NCBI GenBank assembly: GCA_014894455.1
Contig: JADBLN010000094.1
Span: forward strand, 38-64,037
Source of the DNA: Acidobacteriota bacterium
GTDB lineage: Bacteria > Acidobacteriota > Aminicenantia > Aminicenantales > Saccharicenantaceae
DNA length: 64,000 bases
Reading direction: 5' to 3'
Shown here: in pieces, positions 52,928 through 64,000 of the stretch
Layout: every line of letters starts with the position of its first letter
Position numbering within the stretch: the stretch's first letter is position 1
Notes under the pieces: model-generated
Seen by the model: only the letters and a program-made list of their open reading frames with translations
What the model was told of the DNA's origin: nothing
Database searches by the model: none
Translations under genes and position numbers: made by a program

Positions 52928-53782
52928 ATGCGCGACCTGTCTTTAAAGAGAACGCTGGCTTATCTTATCCTTCCCTGCCTTCTCTGGCCGGCCTGCTCCA
53001 CGGCTGGAAAGAACCTAACGAAACCAACGTCCGTCGAATCCCGGCAGGCGTTGGCGGAGGGCGATTTCCAGAAAGCCCTCGAGGGTTTCAAGGCGGCCTA
53101 CGAGAAGAACCCGCGCGGCAAGGAGCTCGCGGCGAACTATGTCCGGACGGTCGAAGAGATCAAGGGCGCGGCCGACCGGGCCCTGGGCCAACGGGAGTAC
53201 GCCCGGGCGGGCGGTATCTATCGGATTCTTCTCGACCGCTACGACGATTTCGGGGCCTTGGCGCCAAAGCTCTCGTTCAAGAAGGCCCAACTCGAGACGG
53301 CGCTGAAAGAATGCCGGATCGCGGCGGTCGATAACCCGGCCGCTGAGGCCGTGAAGGCCGGAAACTTCGCCAAGGCCATCGACATTTTCCAGGCCGCCTT
53401 CAAGGAGGATCCGAGGGGCGCCGAGCTCGCGACGAAATATCTGGGGACGGTCAACCAGATCAAGGCCATCGGAGACAAAGCCTTCGGCGCCAAGAATTTC
53501 GCCCAAGCCGGGAGAGTCAATACCGTCCTTCTTAGGGATTACGCATCGTTCGAAGGATTGCGGCCTCCCGTCGCCTTTAGCCGGAAGGCCCTGAAGGACG
53601 TCGTCTCCGCCTGCCGGGAGAGCCTGACCAAGACGGGTCTCGCGGAATATCGAAGAGGGAATCTGGTCAAAGCCATCGCCATCTGGGAGGGCCTCCTGAG
53701 CTTCGACCCGGATAACGCCGAGATCAAGAAAGCCGTCAACACCGCCAGGACCCAGCTTAAGGGGATCAAGAAGAAACAATAG
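52928..53782 (+). CDS. hypothetical lipoprotein with internally duplicated helical (TPR-like) module
   Basis: 284 aa with a signal/lipobox (ILPCLLWPAC). Two modules of about 95 aa are roughly 45 percent identical (GDFQKALEGFKAAYEKNPRGKELAANYVRTV vs GNFAKAIDIFQAAFKEDPRGAELATKYLGTV). Confidence 0.65.
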   Translation: MRDLSLKRTLAYLILPCLLWPACSTAGKNLTKPTSVESRQALAEGDFQKALEGFKAAYEKNPRGKELAANYVRTVEEIKGAADRALGQREYARAGGIYRILLDRYDDFGALAPKLSFKKAQLETALKECRIAAVDNPAAEAVKAGNFAKAIDIFQAAFKEDPRGAELATKYLGTVNQIKAIGDKAFGAKNFAQAGRVNTVLLRDYASFEGLRPPVAFSRKALKDVVSACRESLTKTGLAEYRRGNLVKAIAIWEGLLSFDPDNAEIKKAVNTARTQLKGIKKKQ

Positions 53783-53792
53783 GGGGGACAAC

Positions 53793-54251
53793 ATGTTGAG
53801 GAAGCTCTTCGCGACCGACAAGAGCTTTTCCGGGACGGCCCTCAGGGTTCTGCTGGGGGTGGTGATCTTCCCCCACGGCGCCCAAAAGCTTCTGGGCTGG
53901 TTCGGCGGCGGGGGCTTCAACGCCTCCATGAGAATGTTCGAATCCAGTTTCCACATCCCGACGATCTTCGCTCTCCTGGCCATCCTGGCCGAATCGGTCG
54001 GGGCCGTGGCTTTGATCGCGGGATTCTTCACGAGAATCGCCGCCCTAGCGATCTCCGTGAACATGGTCGTCGCTGTCGCTCTCATTCATGCGAAGGTCGG
54101 CTTCTTCATGAACTGGGGCGGAACCGCGAAGGGCGAGGGGTTCGAGTATCACATCCTGGCCATGGCCATCGGGATCGTTTTGATGATCATGGGCGGCGGC
54201 CGCTGGTCCGTGGACGGCGTCATCGCCAAGAAGCTGAAAAGATCAAGATGA
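53793..54251 (+). CDS. DoxX family membrane protein
   Basis: 152 aa with the DoxX signature ALRVLLGVVIFPHGAQKLLGWFGGGG and 4 TM segments. Confidence 0.85.
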   Translation: MLRKLFATDKSFSGTALRVLLGVVIFPHGAQKLLGWFGGGGFNASMRMFESSFHIPTIFALLAILAESVGAVALIAGFFTRIAALAISVNMVVAVALIHAKVGFFMNWGGTAKGEGFEYHILAMAIGIVLMIMGGGRWSVDGVIAKKLKRSR

Positions 54252-54253
54252 AA

Positions 54254-54994
54254 TTATATTTTTGAAAGAATGAAAGCCGTCAAGAATCCCAACATCGTCA
54301 AAAACCCGATAAGAAATCCACCGTCTTCATAAGCTTCGGGCATCATGCTGTCGGCCAGCATGGCCAGGATCGCCCCGGACGCAAAAGCCTCGATGATGCC
54401 GAGAGCATTGAGATCCAGCTTTTCCAGGAACAGGAAACTTAAAACGACACTCGATGCGACACAGGCGCTGACGATTGACCATGACAGATATATGCGCCGT
54501 TTGGAAAAGCCCTCTTTTTGTAGATCGTCTATGGAGGATAGGCTTTCAGGGAGGTTCGACAGAAAAATCGCAACGAGCATTAACAACCCGATTCCATTTT
54601 TGCTGAGAAGAGCAACGCCTAGGGCTATCGATTCGGGGACCCCGTCAAGAAGAGAGCCCAGGACGATGGCCTGGCCGTTCGTTTCTCTTGTCGACTTAAA
54701 ATGCGCCTTTCGTTTATGGTTTCTTCCGCCAAGCCTGTGAATCAGGAAATCCCCGGAGATGAAAACCAGGCCTCCCGATAAAAACCCAATGATGATCGCA
54801 TCAAACCCGCCATGTTTGAATGCTTCCTCCATCAGGCCGAAGGTCAAAGCGCATATTAAAACGCCGGAACCGAAAGCCATGATGGCCGCGATAATCTTCT
54901 GGCTGATTTTTAGGGTTGTTCCTATGATGACCCCGAGGATCAAAGAAAAACCGGTTAGAGCCGCATACAATAAAACCGTTGTTATCTTAGGCAC
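54254..54994 (-). CDS. ZIP family metal (zinc/iron) transporter
   Basis: 246 aa, polytopic, with LGSLLDGVPESIALGVALL (metal-site helix) and a His-rich loop (RNHKRKAH). GC is visibly lower than the flanks. Confidence 0.75.
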   Translation of the reverse strand: MPKITTVLLYAALTGFSLILGVIIGTTLKISQKIIAAIMAFGSGVLICALTFGLMEEAFKHGGFDAIIIGFLSGGLVFISGDFLIHRLGGRNHKRKAHFKSTRETNGQAIVLGSLLDGVPESIALGVALLSKNGIGLLMLVAIFLSNLPESLSSIDDLQKEGFSKRRIYLSWSIVSACVASSVVLSFLFLEKLDLNALGIIEAFASGAILAMLADSMMPEAYEDGGFLIGFLTMLGFLTAFILSKI

Positions 54995-55105
54995 TGCCGG
55001 GAATATATCGCCGGCTGGGCGGCGAAGTCAATGACTGCTCCCGCCGGCTTTGTTCGTAGCTCTCAACACCCCTATCCCCCTCTGTAATTAGGGGGAACTA
55101 TTTGA

Positions 55106-55549
55106 TTACTTATCTGCCTTCACTTGGCTTGCCGGTTCCGCCCCCGATTCTTCTGCTTTCTTTTTCATCGTTGCCTTGCCTTCTTCGGGGGCTTCCTTCG
55201 TTTTCGGACTTTTGCCGCCTTCCGGTGCTTTCTTTATCTTTTTTTCCTTGCCCTCTGCGGCGGTTTTCTTAGGCTTCTCGCCTTTACCGCCTTCTTGTTC
55301 TTTCTGGGGGCCTGCCGCTCTTTCCGCCTTTATCTTCGCCATTTCTTCCGTTTTCTTTTCGCTGTCAGCGATCAGCCTCAGCCTTTTATTCACGGCCCTG
55401 ATATCTGCTTGCAATTTTCTAACGAGAGTATCTTTGTCGGCCTTGGGAGATTCGATCCCCTTCCCAGACAGGAAAGACATCCGATCTTGCAGTTCATGTT
55501 CGAAATATGCCTTTTGCCGTATGAGCATTTGCTTCCGCTTTAATCCCAT
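55106..55549 (-). CDS. hypothetical protein with K/E/P-rich histone-H1-like tail
   Basis: 147 aa. The helical N-terminal half is followed by a low-complexity tail (GGKGEKPKKTAAEGKEKKIKKAPEGGKSPKTKEAPEEGK). Confidence 0.55.
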   Translation of the reverse strand: MGLKRKQMLIRQKAYFEHELQDRMSFLSGKGIESPKADKDTLVRKLQADIRAVNKRLRLIADSEKKTEEMAKIKAERAAGPQKEQEGGKGEKPKKTAAEGKEKKIKKAPEGGKSPKTKEAPEEGKATMKKKAEESGAEPASQVKADK

Positions 55550-55637
55550 TTCTTCCTCCTCTCCGATTTAGTTATTTTTCTCCGGCAGATCATAGATCAG
55601 CAGACAGTTGCCAAAGGTATGTATATCAGGGTTTTCG

Positions 55638-55937
55638 CTAAAAAGCCATCGCATTTAAGATGATCTCTTCTTTGCGCCGCCGGCTCAGGGATTTGACGGC
55701 GCACTCCCGTGACAGGGACCGGGAACGGGTCCCGCACTCTTCCTGGTAGACCAGAACGACAGGGCGCCGGGTCCGGGTGTAGCGAGAGGCCGTGCCTTCC
55801 TGGTGCTCCCGGAGTCGGCGGTCAATATCGGTGGTCACTCCGGTGTATAAGGACCCGTCGCAGCACCCGAGGATATAGAGGAACCAGATGGCTCCTGCGG
55901 TCGCGTTCGGCGCCGGTTGTTCCTCCTTGGCCTTCAT
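55638..55937 (-). CDS. GIY-YIG nuclease family protein (UPF0213-like)
   Basis: WFLYILGCCDGSLYTGVTTDIDRRLREHQ plus VLVYQEE...A..RE..VK. The start choice (ATG at 55937, 99 aa) is uncertain; the ORF maximum extends to 56036. Confidence 0.75.
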   Translation of the reverse strand: MKAKEEQPAPNATAGAIWFLYILGCCDGSLYTGVTTDIDRRLREHQEGTASRYTRTRRPVVLVYQEECGTRSRSLSRECAVKSLSRRRKEEIILNAMAF

Positions 55938-56232
55938 CGTCCGGAGCATGCGGCGGTACCGTGGTTTCATCGAACCGAGATCAGGGTATCGGACATTCCG
56001 CTCGGGAGAATACTTCCGGCCGTTCGGCGATGTCAAGAACTCCAGGTAGGTAGAGCAGGGTTCTTTTCGGAGGCCCCTTTAATGAAAACTGTGGTGGATA
56101 TTTTCAGGGGGAACTGGAGGACGCCGCTTCAAGATACAAAAGCGCCTCTCATGACTCTGTTTGAATTTCTTAACCCCCCTGCCCGCCTCTATATTTAGGG
56201 GGGACGCGCGGTAGGCAGCTTTGACGGCGGAG

Positions 56233-56309
<77 letters not shown>

Positions 56310-56324
56310 GCGATGGGCTGGCCT

Positions 56325-56353
56325 ATTATAGAGAAATGCCCGGGCACTTTCAA
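56325..56353 (-). promoter_or_regulatory. tRNA-Asp promoter TTGAAA-N17-TATAAT
   Basis: On the minus strand, TTGAAA is at 56353-56348 and TATAAT at 56330-56325. The -10 box ends 15 nt before the tRNA 5' end. Confidence 0.55.
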
Positions 56354-56416
56354 GAAGCCCCCGGCCTCTCGTAGAAGCGCGGGTTTTCTGATACATTGAA
56401 GCCAGGAGGGAAAATC

Positions 56417-56713
56417 ATGGCAAAGCTCACCATAAAAGACGAGTTCCTGGAGAGGCTCGGCATCGAGATGGACCACGTCAAGGCCGGACTGATGGAGCTC
56501 AAGGCCAAGAGCCGAACGCTCAAGCTCGAGGCGCGCCTGGAGTACGACAAGGGCCTCAAGTCGCTTGAGGAGAAAGAGGGGGAGCTCAAGGTCCGGATGG
56601 GGGAATGGATCAAGGCCGGCGAGAAGGCCGGGGAAGACGTGAAGAAGGGGCTCGAGCGCGCGGCCAAAGACCTCAAGAAGGCAGTCGACGACGCCTACGC
56701 ACGTCTGAAGTGA
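56417..56713 (+). CDS. small coiled-coil hypothetical protein
   Basis: The ATG at 56417 follows AGGAGGG. 98 aa, K/E-rich and helical (LKAKSRTLKLEARLEYDKGLKSLEEKEGELK). Confidence 0.6.
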   Translation: MAKLTIKDEFLERLGIEMDHVKAGLMELKAKSRTLKLEARLEYDKGLKSLEEKEGELKVRMGEWIKAGEKAGEDVKKGLERAAKDLKKAVDDAYARLK

Positions 56714-56739
56714 CCTGCTGAAACGCGGCCCCGCTCCGC

Positions 56740-57639
56740 CTACATCTTCTCGAGGGCGGCGATGCGCTCCTCGATGGGCGGGTGGGTGCTGAAAAGCTTG
56801 TTGACGCCGCCCTTGATGTTTTTGAGGGGGTTGACGATGTAGAGATGGGCCGTGGCCTTGTTTGCCGCCTCGAGGGGCTCGGTGTCGGCCGAGATCTTCC
56901 GTAGGGCCGAGGCCAGGCCGGCCGGGTAGCGCGTCAGCATGGCCCCGTTCGCGTCGGCCAGGAACTCGCGTTTCCGCGAGACGGCCAGCTGGATGATCGT
57001 AGCGATGAACGGCGACAGCACCGCCAGGGCGAGGCCGACGATGATCAGGACGCCCCCGGCGCCGCCCGATCCGCTCCGGTCCCGGCCGCCGCGACGCCGC
57101 CCGCCGCCCCACAGGAAGCTCCTCAGCATCCAGTCGCTGAGCAGGGCGACGATGCCGGCCATGACGACGACCAGCGTCTGGAGCCGGACGTCGTAATTCT
57201 TGATGTGGGACATCTCGTGGGCGATGACGCCCTCGAGCTCGACCCGGTTCAGTTTTTCGAGGATGCCGGTCGTGACGCAGATGACGGCCGTCTCCGGCTT
57301 GCGCCCAGCGGCGAAGGCGTTAGGGGCCGTGTCGTCGATGACGTAACAGCGCGGCGCGGGCAGGCCGGCGGCGATGGCCAGGCCCTCGACGACGTTATAG
57401 AGGTACGGGAATTCCTCTTTAGTCGCTGGCCGGGCCCGGCTGATGGTCAGGACGATCTTGTCGCTCGCGTAGTAGCCGACCGCGGCCATGGTCATGGACA
57501 CGACGACGGCCAGGACGAGGCCCCCCTTCCCCCAGCCCGTCACGTACTCGAAAAACCAGGTCAGGAGGAAGATGAAGGCCACGAAAAAGAGAATGAGGGC
57601 GGCGGATTTCCACTTGTTGCGTGAGATCTGTTCGTACAT
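56740..57639 (-). CDS. htpX: M48 family zinc metalloprotease HtpX
   Basis: 299 aa with N-terminal TM helices, the HEXXH motif as HEMSHIKNYD, and C-terminal STHPPIEERIAAL. Confidence 0.9.
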   Translation of the reverse strand: MYEQISRNKWKSAALILFFVAFIFLLTWFFEYVTGWGKGGLVLAVVVSMTMAAVGYYASDKIVLTISRARPATKEEFPYLYNVVEGLAIAAGLPAPRCYVIDDTAPNAFAAGRKPETAVICVTTGILEKLNRVELEGVIAHEMSHIKNYDVRLQTLVVVMAGIVALLSDWMLRSFLWGGGRRRGGRDRSGSGGAGGVLIIVGLALAVLSPFIATIIQLAVSRKREFLADANGAMLTRYPAGLASALRKISADTEPLEAANKATAHLYIVNPLKNIKGGVNKLFSTHPPIEERIAALEKM

Positions 57640-57668
57640 GGCCGACCCTGCTGATCACCAAACCAAAG

Positions 57669-57703
57669 AATGGGGACACGTACCGGAAGTACATGTCCCC
57701 ATT
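57669..57703 (-). terminator. hairpin AATGGGGACACGTAC-CGGAA-GTACATGTCCCCATT
   Basis: 15-bp arms with one mismatch, 32 nt after the lemA stop. It shares GGGGACACGTACC and GTACATG.CCCC with the hairpin at 40948-40978. Confidence 0.45.
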
Positions 57704-57734
57704 CCTTTCCCCATTTCAAATGCCTTCGCCCGAA

Positions 57735-58289
57735 TCAGAAGCTGACCTTGACCGGGCCCTTGGCCACTTCCTCTTCGATCTGGAAGTATTCCTTGGTCTT
57801 GAACCCGAACATGTTGGCCAGAATGTTCGAGGGAAAGACCTGCTGTTTCATGTTGAACTTCATGACGACGTCGTTGTAGAACTGGCGGGCGTAGGCGACC
57901 TTGCTTTCGGTCCCGGCCAGCTCCTCCTGGAGCATCAGGAAATTCTGGTTGGCCTTGAGGTCGGGGTAGGCCTCGGCGACGGCGAACAGGGATTTCAGGG
58001 CGCCGGTAAGGACGTTGTCGGCCTGGCCCTGGTCCTTGACGGTCTGGGCGTTGACGGCCGCGGCCCGCGCCTGCGTCACGCGCTCGAAGACGCCGCTCTC
58101 GTGCTTGGCGTAGCCCTTGACCGTTTCCACCAGGTTGGGGATGAGGTCGTAGCGGCGGCGGAGCTGGACGTCGACCTGGGACCAGGCGTTGTCGCAGCGG
58201 TTGCGGAGCGTGATCAGGCTGTTGTACATGCCGATGGCCATGATAGCGATGGCCGCGATGATGACGAGCAAGAAAGCTAAAGCACCCAT
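57735..58289 (-). CDS. lemA: LemA family protein
   Basis: The ATG at 58289 lies 5 nt after GGAGG. 184 aa with an N-terminal TM segment and [43 protein letters not shown]. Confidence 0.9.
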   Translation of the reverse strand: MGALAFLLVIIAAIAIMAIGMYNSLITLRNRCDNAWSQVDVQLRRRYDLIPNLVETVKGYAKHESGVFERVTQARAAAVNAQTVKDQGQADNVLTGALKSLFAVAEAYPDLKANQNFLMLQEELAGTESKVAYARQFYNDVVMKFNMKQQVFPSNILANMFGFKTKEYFQIEEEVAKGPVKVSF

Positions 58290-58377
58290 GTGTTCCTCCT
58301 TCGGATTTCTGTCCTTTCCTAACAATACGGGCCCGGGCCGGAAAAATCAAGGCCCAGCTCCCGCCCGATCCGGGCTA

Positions 58378-58405
58378 TTGTCATTCCGCCCCGGATACTG
58401 ATAAT
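58378..58405 (+). promoter_or_regulatory. putative promoter TTGTCA-N16-GATAAT
   Basis: TTGTCA at 58378-58383 and GATAAT at 58400-58405. AGGAGG (58421-58426) and the ATG at 58432 follow. Confidence 0.4.
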
Positions 58406-58431
58406 CTTCCCTCCTACTCTAGGAGGTCAAC

Positions 58432-61755
<3,324 letters not shown>

Positions 61756-61775
61756 GGAGATATTCTCGGAACCGG

Positions 61776-62390
61776 CTACAGCTTGATCTTTTCGCTCTTA
61801 ATCCGCCGAGCGATGACGTCTGCTGAAACACCAAATTTCTTGCAGACCAATCTTGAAACGGCTTGGATGATTTGCTCCTCGTTCCCCCCCGCGAGCTTTT
61901 TATATTCCAGAATTTTCTTTGATAACATCTCGATTTCTTGGATCAGAGGGCTCCACGGGACCAAGAGCCGGCCGGCGAACTCATAAGCTTGAAGCTCGAA
62001 CCAACTCAAGTCTTCTTCCTCAAAGTCGTCACGAAAATGGATCCAATCCGCGGGTGTCCGAAAACGGCAAAGCTGAATTTCTTTTCTATGCAAAACCAAA
62101 TGACCGAGCTCATGGGCAAAAGTAAATCGTAGCCTGTTCTCTTTTCGTGGGTTCTCGTAGACGTCCCTATCAACGCAAATACTCTTTAAGTCTTTTGTGA
62201 GAAAGCCGTCGATATCGATTTCTTCAAGCAGACGAAATATGGGAATCGGCGTGAGCTTCAGCCTTAACTCGACGATTTCAATAATGGGCACGGGCAGAGA
62301 GTCAACCGGATCGACATAACGAGCTCGAAATTCCTCGGCTCTCTCTCGGACGTGTGGCCATGTCAGCCGGGGAGGTTGGATATGAGGCAA
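61776..62390 (-). CDS. ImmA/IrrE family metallo-endopeptidase
   Basis: 204 aa with the HEXXH motif in FTFAHELGHLVLH, a DUF955-type fold. GC is low. Confidence 0.85.
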   Translation of the reverse strand: MPHIQPPRLTWPHVRERAEEFRARYVDPVDSLPVPIIEIVELRLKLTPIPIFRLLEEIDIDGFLTKDLKSICVDRDVYENPRKENRLRFTFAHELGHLVLHRKEIQLCRFRTPADWIHFRDDFEEEDLSWFELQAYEFAGRLLVPWSPLIQEIEMLSKKILEYKKLAGGNEEQIIQAVSRLVCKKFGVSADVIARRIKSEKIKL

Positions 62391-62405
62391 GTTCTTAATC
62401 CAGCT

Positions 62406-62762
62406 CTAGCTCCGCCTGATTTTTGAAATGAGGTTTTCTAGCTCTTCTTGAGCCGGCTTTTCGCCACGTAAAGTACGAAAGAAAACGGGCAGTTTCTCGA
62501 CAACCGATCGATCATCCAGTAACTCAGGGGGAATGAAACTGATGCTGGCCAAATCGAAGAGAGCATGCCAGTCTTCGGAATCCTCGGCCAGCTTGAGAGT
62601 AGTGGCAATTTCCTTAAGAACTTTCTTACTCTTGGGCGGCGGCAGAATTCCCCTTTCGATCTTGCTCCAGTTACCGGGATCTGCATTCATGATTCGGCAA
62701 AATCCTCGAAGGGTTAATCCGGCTTTTATCCTTGTTTCTTTAATAAACGCGCCAAACGTCAT
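62406..62762 (-). CDS. XRE-family helix-turn-helix transcriptional regulator
   Basis: 118 aa with the Cro/C1-type HTH FGAFIKETRIKAGLTLRGFCRIMNADPGNWSKIERG. It lies 15 nt upstream of the ImmA gene. Confidence 0.85.
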   Translation of the reverse strand: MTFGAFIKETRIKAGLTLRGFCRIMNADPGNWSKIERGILPPPKSKKVLKEIATTLKLAEDSEDWHALFDLASISFIPPELLDDRSVVEKLPVFFRTLRGEKPAQEELENLISKIRRS

Positions 62763-62798
62763 TTTTTTCTCTCCTTCCGTGTTGATAATAATTACTAC

Positions 62799-62816
62799 GT
62801 TGTATATATATACAAC
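62799..62816. promoter_or_regulatory. 18-bp perfect palindrome GTTGTATATATATACAAC (putative XRE operator)
   Basis: It sits in the AT-rich gap 37 nt upstream of the XRE start codon. GGAAGGAGAG lies before the ATG. Confidence 0.5.
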
Positions 62817-62868
62817 ATTCTGAGGCGAGTCAAATGCTTTTTTTTCCTTATGGCGGCGTACTAGCCTG

Positions 62869-64000
62869 CTACCAGCGGTCGGTGCGGAAGGGCGAGGCCG
62901 GCAGGCCCTCCTTGTTGGCCAGGTTGGGCACGGCCAGCTGGTGCCAGCCGAAACGGACAGCTTTCGGGGAAGGAACGCGGGCGCTCCAGACGACGACCGC
63001 GTCCCCGGCGATCTCCGCCTCGGCCTTGTAGAAGGTTCGGTCGCCGCCGGCGACCTCGAACCACTTGAGCGGCTGGCCGTCGTTCGAAATGAGCCCGCCG
63101 CCGATGTGGTCGAACGACAGGCGGACCAGGTTCGCGTCGACGGTCATGGACTTATAGAGCGGCCCGGAGAAAACGAGACCTTTTTCACCGTAGGTCTTGG
63201 CCCGGGCCCAGAGCGACAGACGGAACCCCACGTCCTTCTTGTTCGCCGGGTGGATGTCGCCGAGGTTGGCGATGTCCGTGATGACGGCCATGCCGGTGTT
63301 CGGCAGGCGAAGGGCGTTCGTCTGGGCTTCCCAGATCAAGGGCAGCCGCAGGAAGTCGGGGACGTCGCCCGACGGCGTCTCCCGGTCGTAGGGATAGTTG
63401 AAGGGTGCGAGCTGGACGTAATAGAAGGGGAAATCGCCGAGCTTCCAGACCTCGCGCCAGCCCCGGATCAGGGCCTCCATTTTCTTCTCGTAGAGAAGGC
63501 CGTCGTTGCGGTTGTTCTCGCCCTGGTACCAGACGGCGCCGCGGATGGCGAACGGCGTGAGCGCGTGGATCATCCCGTTGTAGAGAGTTGTCGGCGCCTG
63601 CAGATTGTCGTAGGGATTGGTCGGAAAGGCCGGTTCGGGCTCAGCCGGGATGGGGGCCTTCGCGGCCAGGGCTTTCCGGGTGTCGCGGACCCAGGCCTCC
63701 CAGCTCGGGAGTGCTCTGCTCAGGACACCCCGGAACTCGGCATACTTGGCCTCCTGTTTGTCGAGCAGGGTTTTCAATTCGGGCACGGCGGCGAATCCGG
63801 CGGGAGGCGTCCAGGGCTCGATGTCCGTGCCTCCCCAAGCCGACTCGATGAGCCCGACCGGAATACCCAGCCTTTTGTGAAGCTCCAGCCCGAAATAGTA
63901 GGCGACGGCGGAGAACGGACGGGTCGAGTCGGGGGTGCACGGCTCCCACTTGGCCTCCACGTCGCCCCTGGCCCTATCGGCCGTGCGCTTCGGGACGAGG
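62869..64000 (-). CDS. sialate O-acetylesterase-like (SGNH/DUF303) protein, 5'-truncated by the window edge
   Basis: The frame is open to nt 64000; the 'M' at 63960 is an internal GTG. Motifs: FSAVAYYFG, GLIESAWGGTDIEPW, RGAVWYQGENN. Confidence 0.8.
   Translation of the reverse strand, partial: LVPKRTADRARGDVEAKWEPCTPDSTRPFSAVAYYFGLELHKRLGIPVGLIESAWGGTDIEPWTPPAGFAAVPELKTLLDKQEAKYAEFRGVLSRALPSWEAWVRDTRKALAAKAPIPAEPEPAFPTNPYDNLQAPTTLYNGMIHALTPFAIRGAVWYQGENNRNDGLLYEKKMEALIRGWREVWKLGDFPFYYVQLAPFNYPYDRETPSGDVPDFLRLPLIWEAQTNALRLPNTGMAVITDIANLGDIHPANKKDVGFRLSLWARAKTYGEKGLVFSGPLYKSMTVDANLVRLSFDHIGGGLISNDGQPLKWFEVAGGDRTFYKAEAEIAGDAVVVWSARVPSPKAVRFGWHQLAVPNLANKEGLPASPFRTDRW

Noticed and set aside
58409-58426. 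Anti-SD/SD palindrome CCTCCTA-ctc-TAGGAGG before the BNR gene. A similar CTCCTtAGGAGG precedes the baeRF-like gene at 24713-24724.
   Set aside because: The loops are 1-3 nt, too short for a stable hairpin. The predicted TSS of the BNR gene would fall inside the 5' arm, so a translational-control structure is not supported.

Overview
High-GC (about mid-60s percent by eye), gene-dense bacterial chromosomal segment with about 60 protein genes on both strands. It carries three stable-RNA genes: tRNA-Leu(CAG), tRNA-Asp(GTC) and tmRNA. I found no rRNA, CRISPR array, IS element or transposase. All calls come from reading the ORF translations and the DNA; no database search was possible. The many six-bladed beta-propeller, GWxTD, CarboxypepD_reg-type outer-membrane and TPR lipoprotein genes suggest an Acidobacteria/Aminicenantes-like uncultivated lineage, but that is only a guess.

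Layout:
- 1-11.6 kb: an atypical RND efflux cluster (adaptor, TolC-like OMP, two secreted beta-propeller paralogs, two tandem RND permeases).
- 11.6-13.2 kb: a thioredoxin-like protein with a C-terminal CXXCH, and a HepT/MNT toxin-antitoxin pair whose MNT carries an N-terminal excisionase-type HTH.
- 13.2-24.6 kb: mtnA, two unknown genes, lepA, tatA, ROK kinase, TonB-dependent-receptor-like OMP, GWxTD lipoprotein, B12-radical SAM enzyme, tRNA-Leu.
- 24.7-25.9 kb: a bacterial eRF1/Pelota-like (baeRF-type) protein behind an operator-containing promoter.
- 25.9-32.2 kb: a classical TetR-TolC-MFP-RND operon.
- 33-41 kb: xerD, MBL hydrolase, AMMECR1, TPR protein, Na/solute symporter, lolA, and an ECF sigma/anti-sigma/membrane-protein module.
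- 41-49.3 kb: frr, a 48-bp tandem repeat array, pyrH, tsf, rpsB, rpsI, rplM, TPR protein, der, GerMN protein, amidase, tmRNA.
- 49.3-64 kb: a 32-bp perfect inverted repeat abutting the ssrA promoter, a frameshifted DUF4382-type lipoprotein, an HD-GYP sensor, a low-GC islet beside tRNA-Asp (ZIP transporter, K/E-rich protein, GIY-YIG), htpX-lemA, a large BNR/sortilin-like propeller protein, a low-GC XRE-ImmA cassette, and a truncated sialate O-acetylesterase.

Best novelty candidates:
- the baeRF-type release-factor-like gene
- the propeller-containing dual-pump RND cluster
- the HTH-MNT/HepT module with tandem operators
- the hairpin-forming 48-bp repeat array inside the pyrH-frr operon
- the structured repeat at the ssrA promoter

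Two apparent frameshifts sit at homopolymer runs (nt 22-25 and 50533-50536), which argues for caution about assembly errors.
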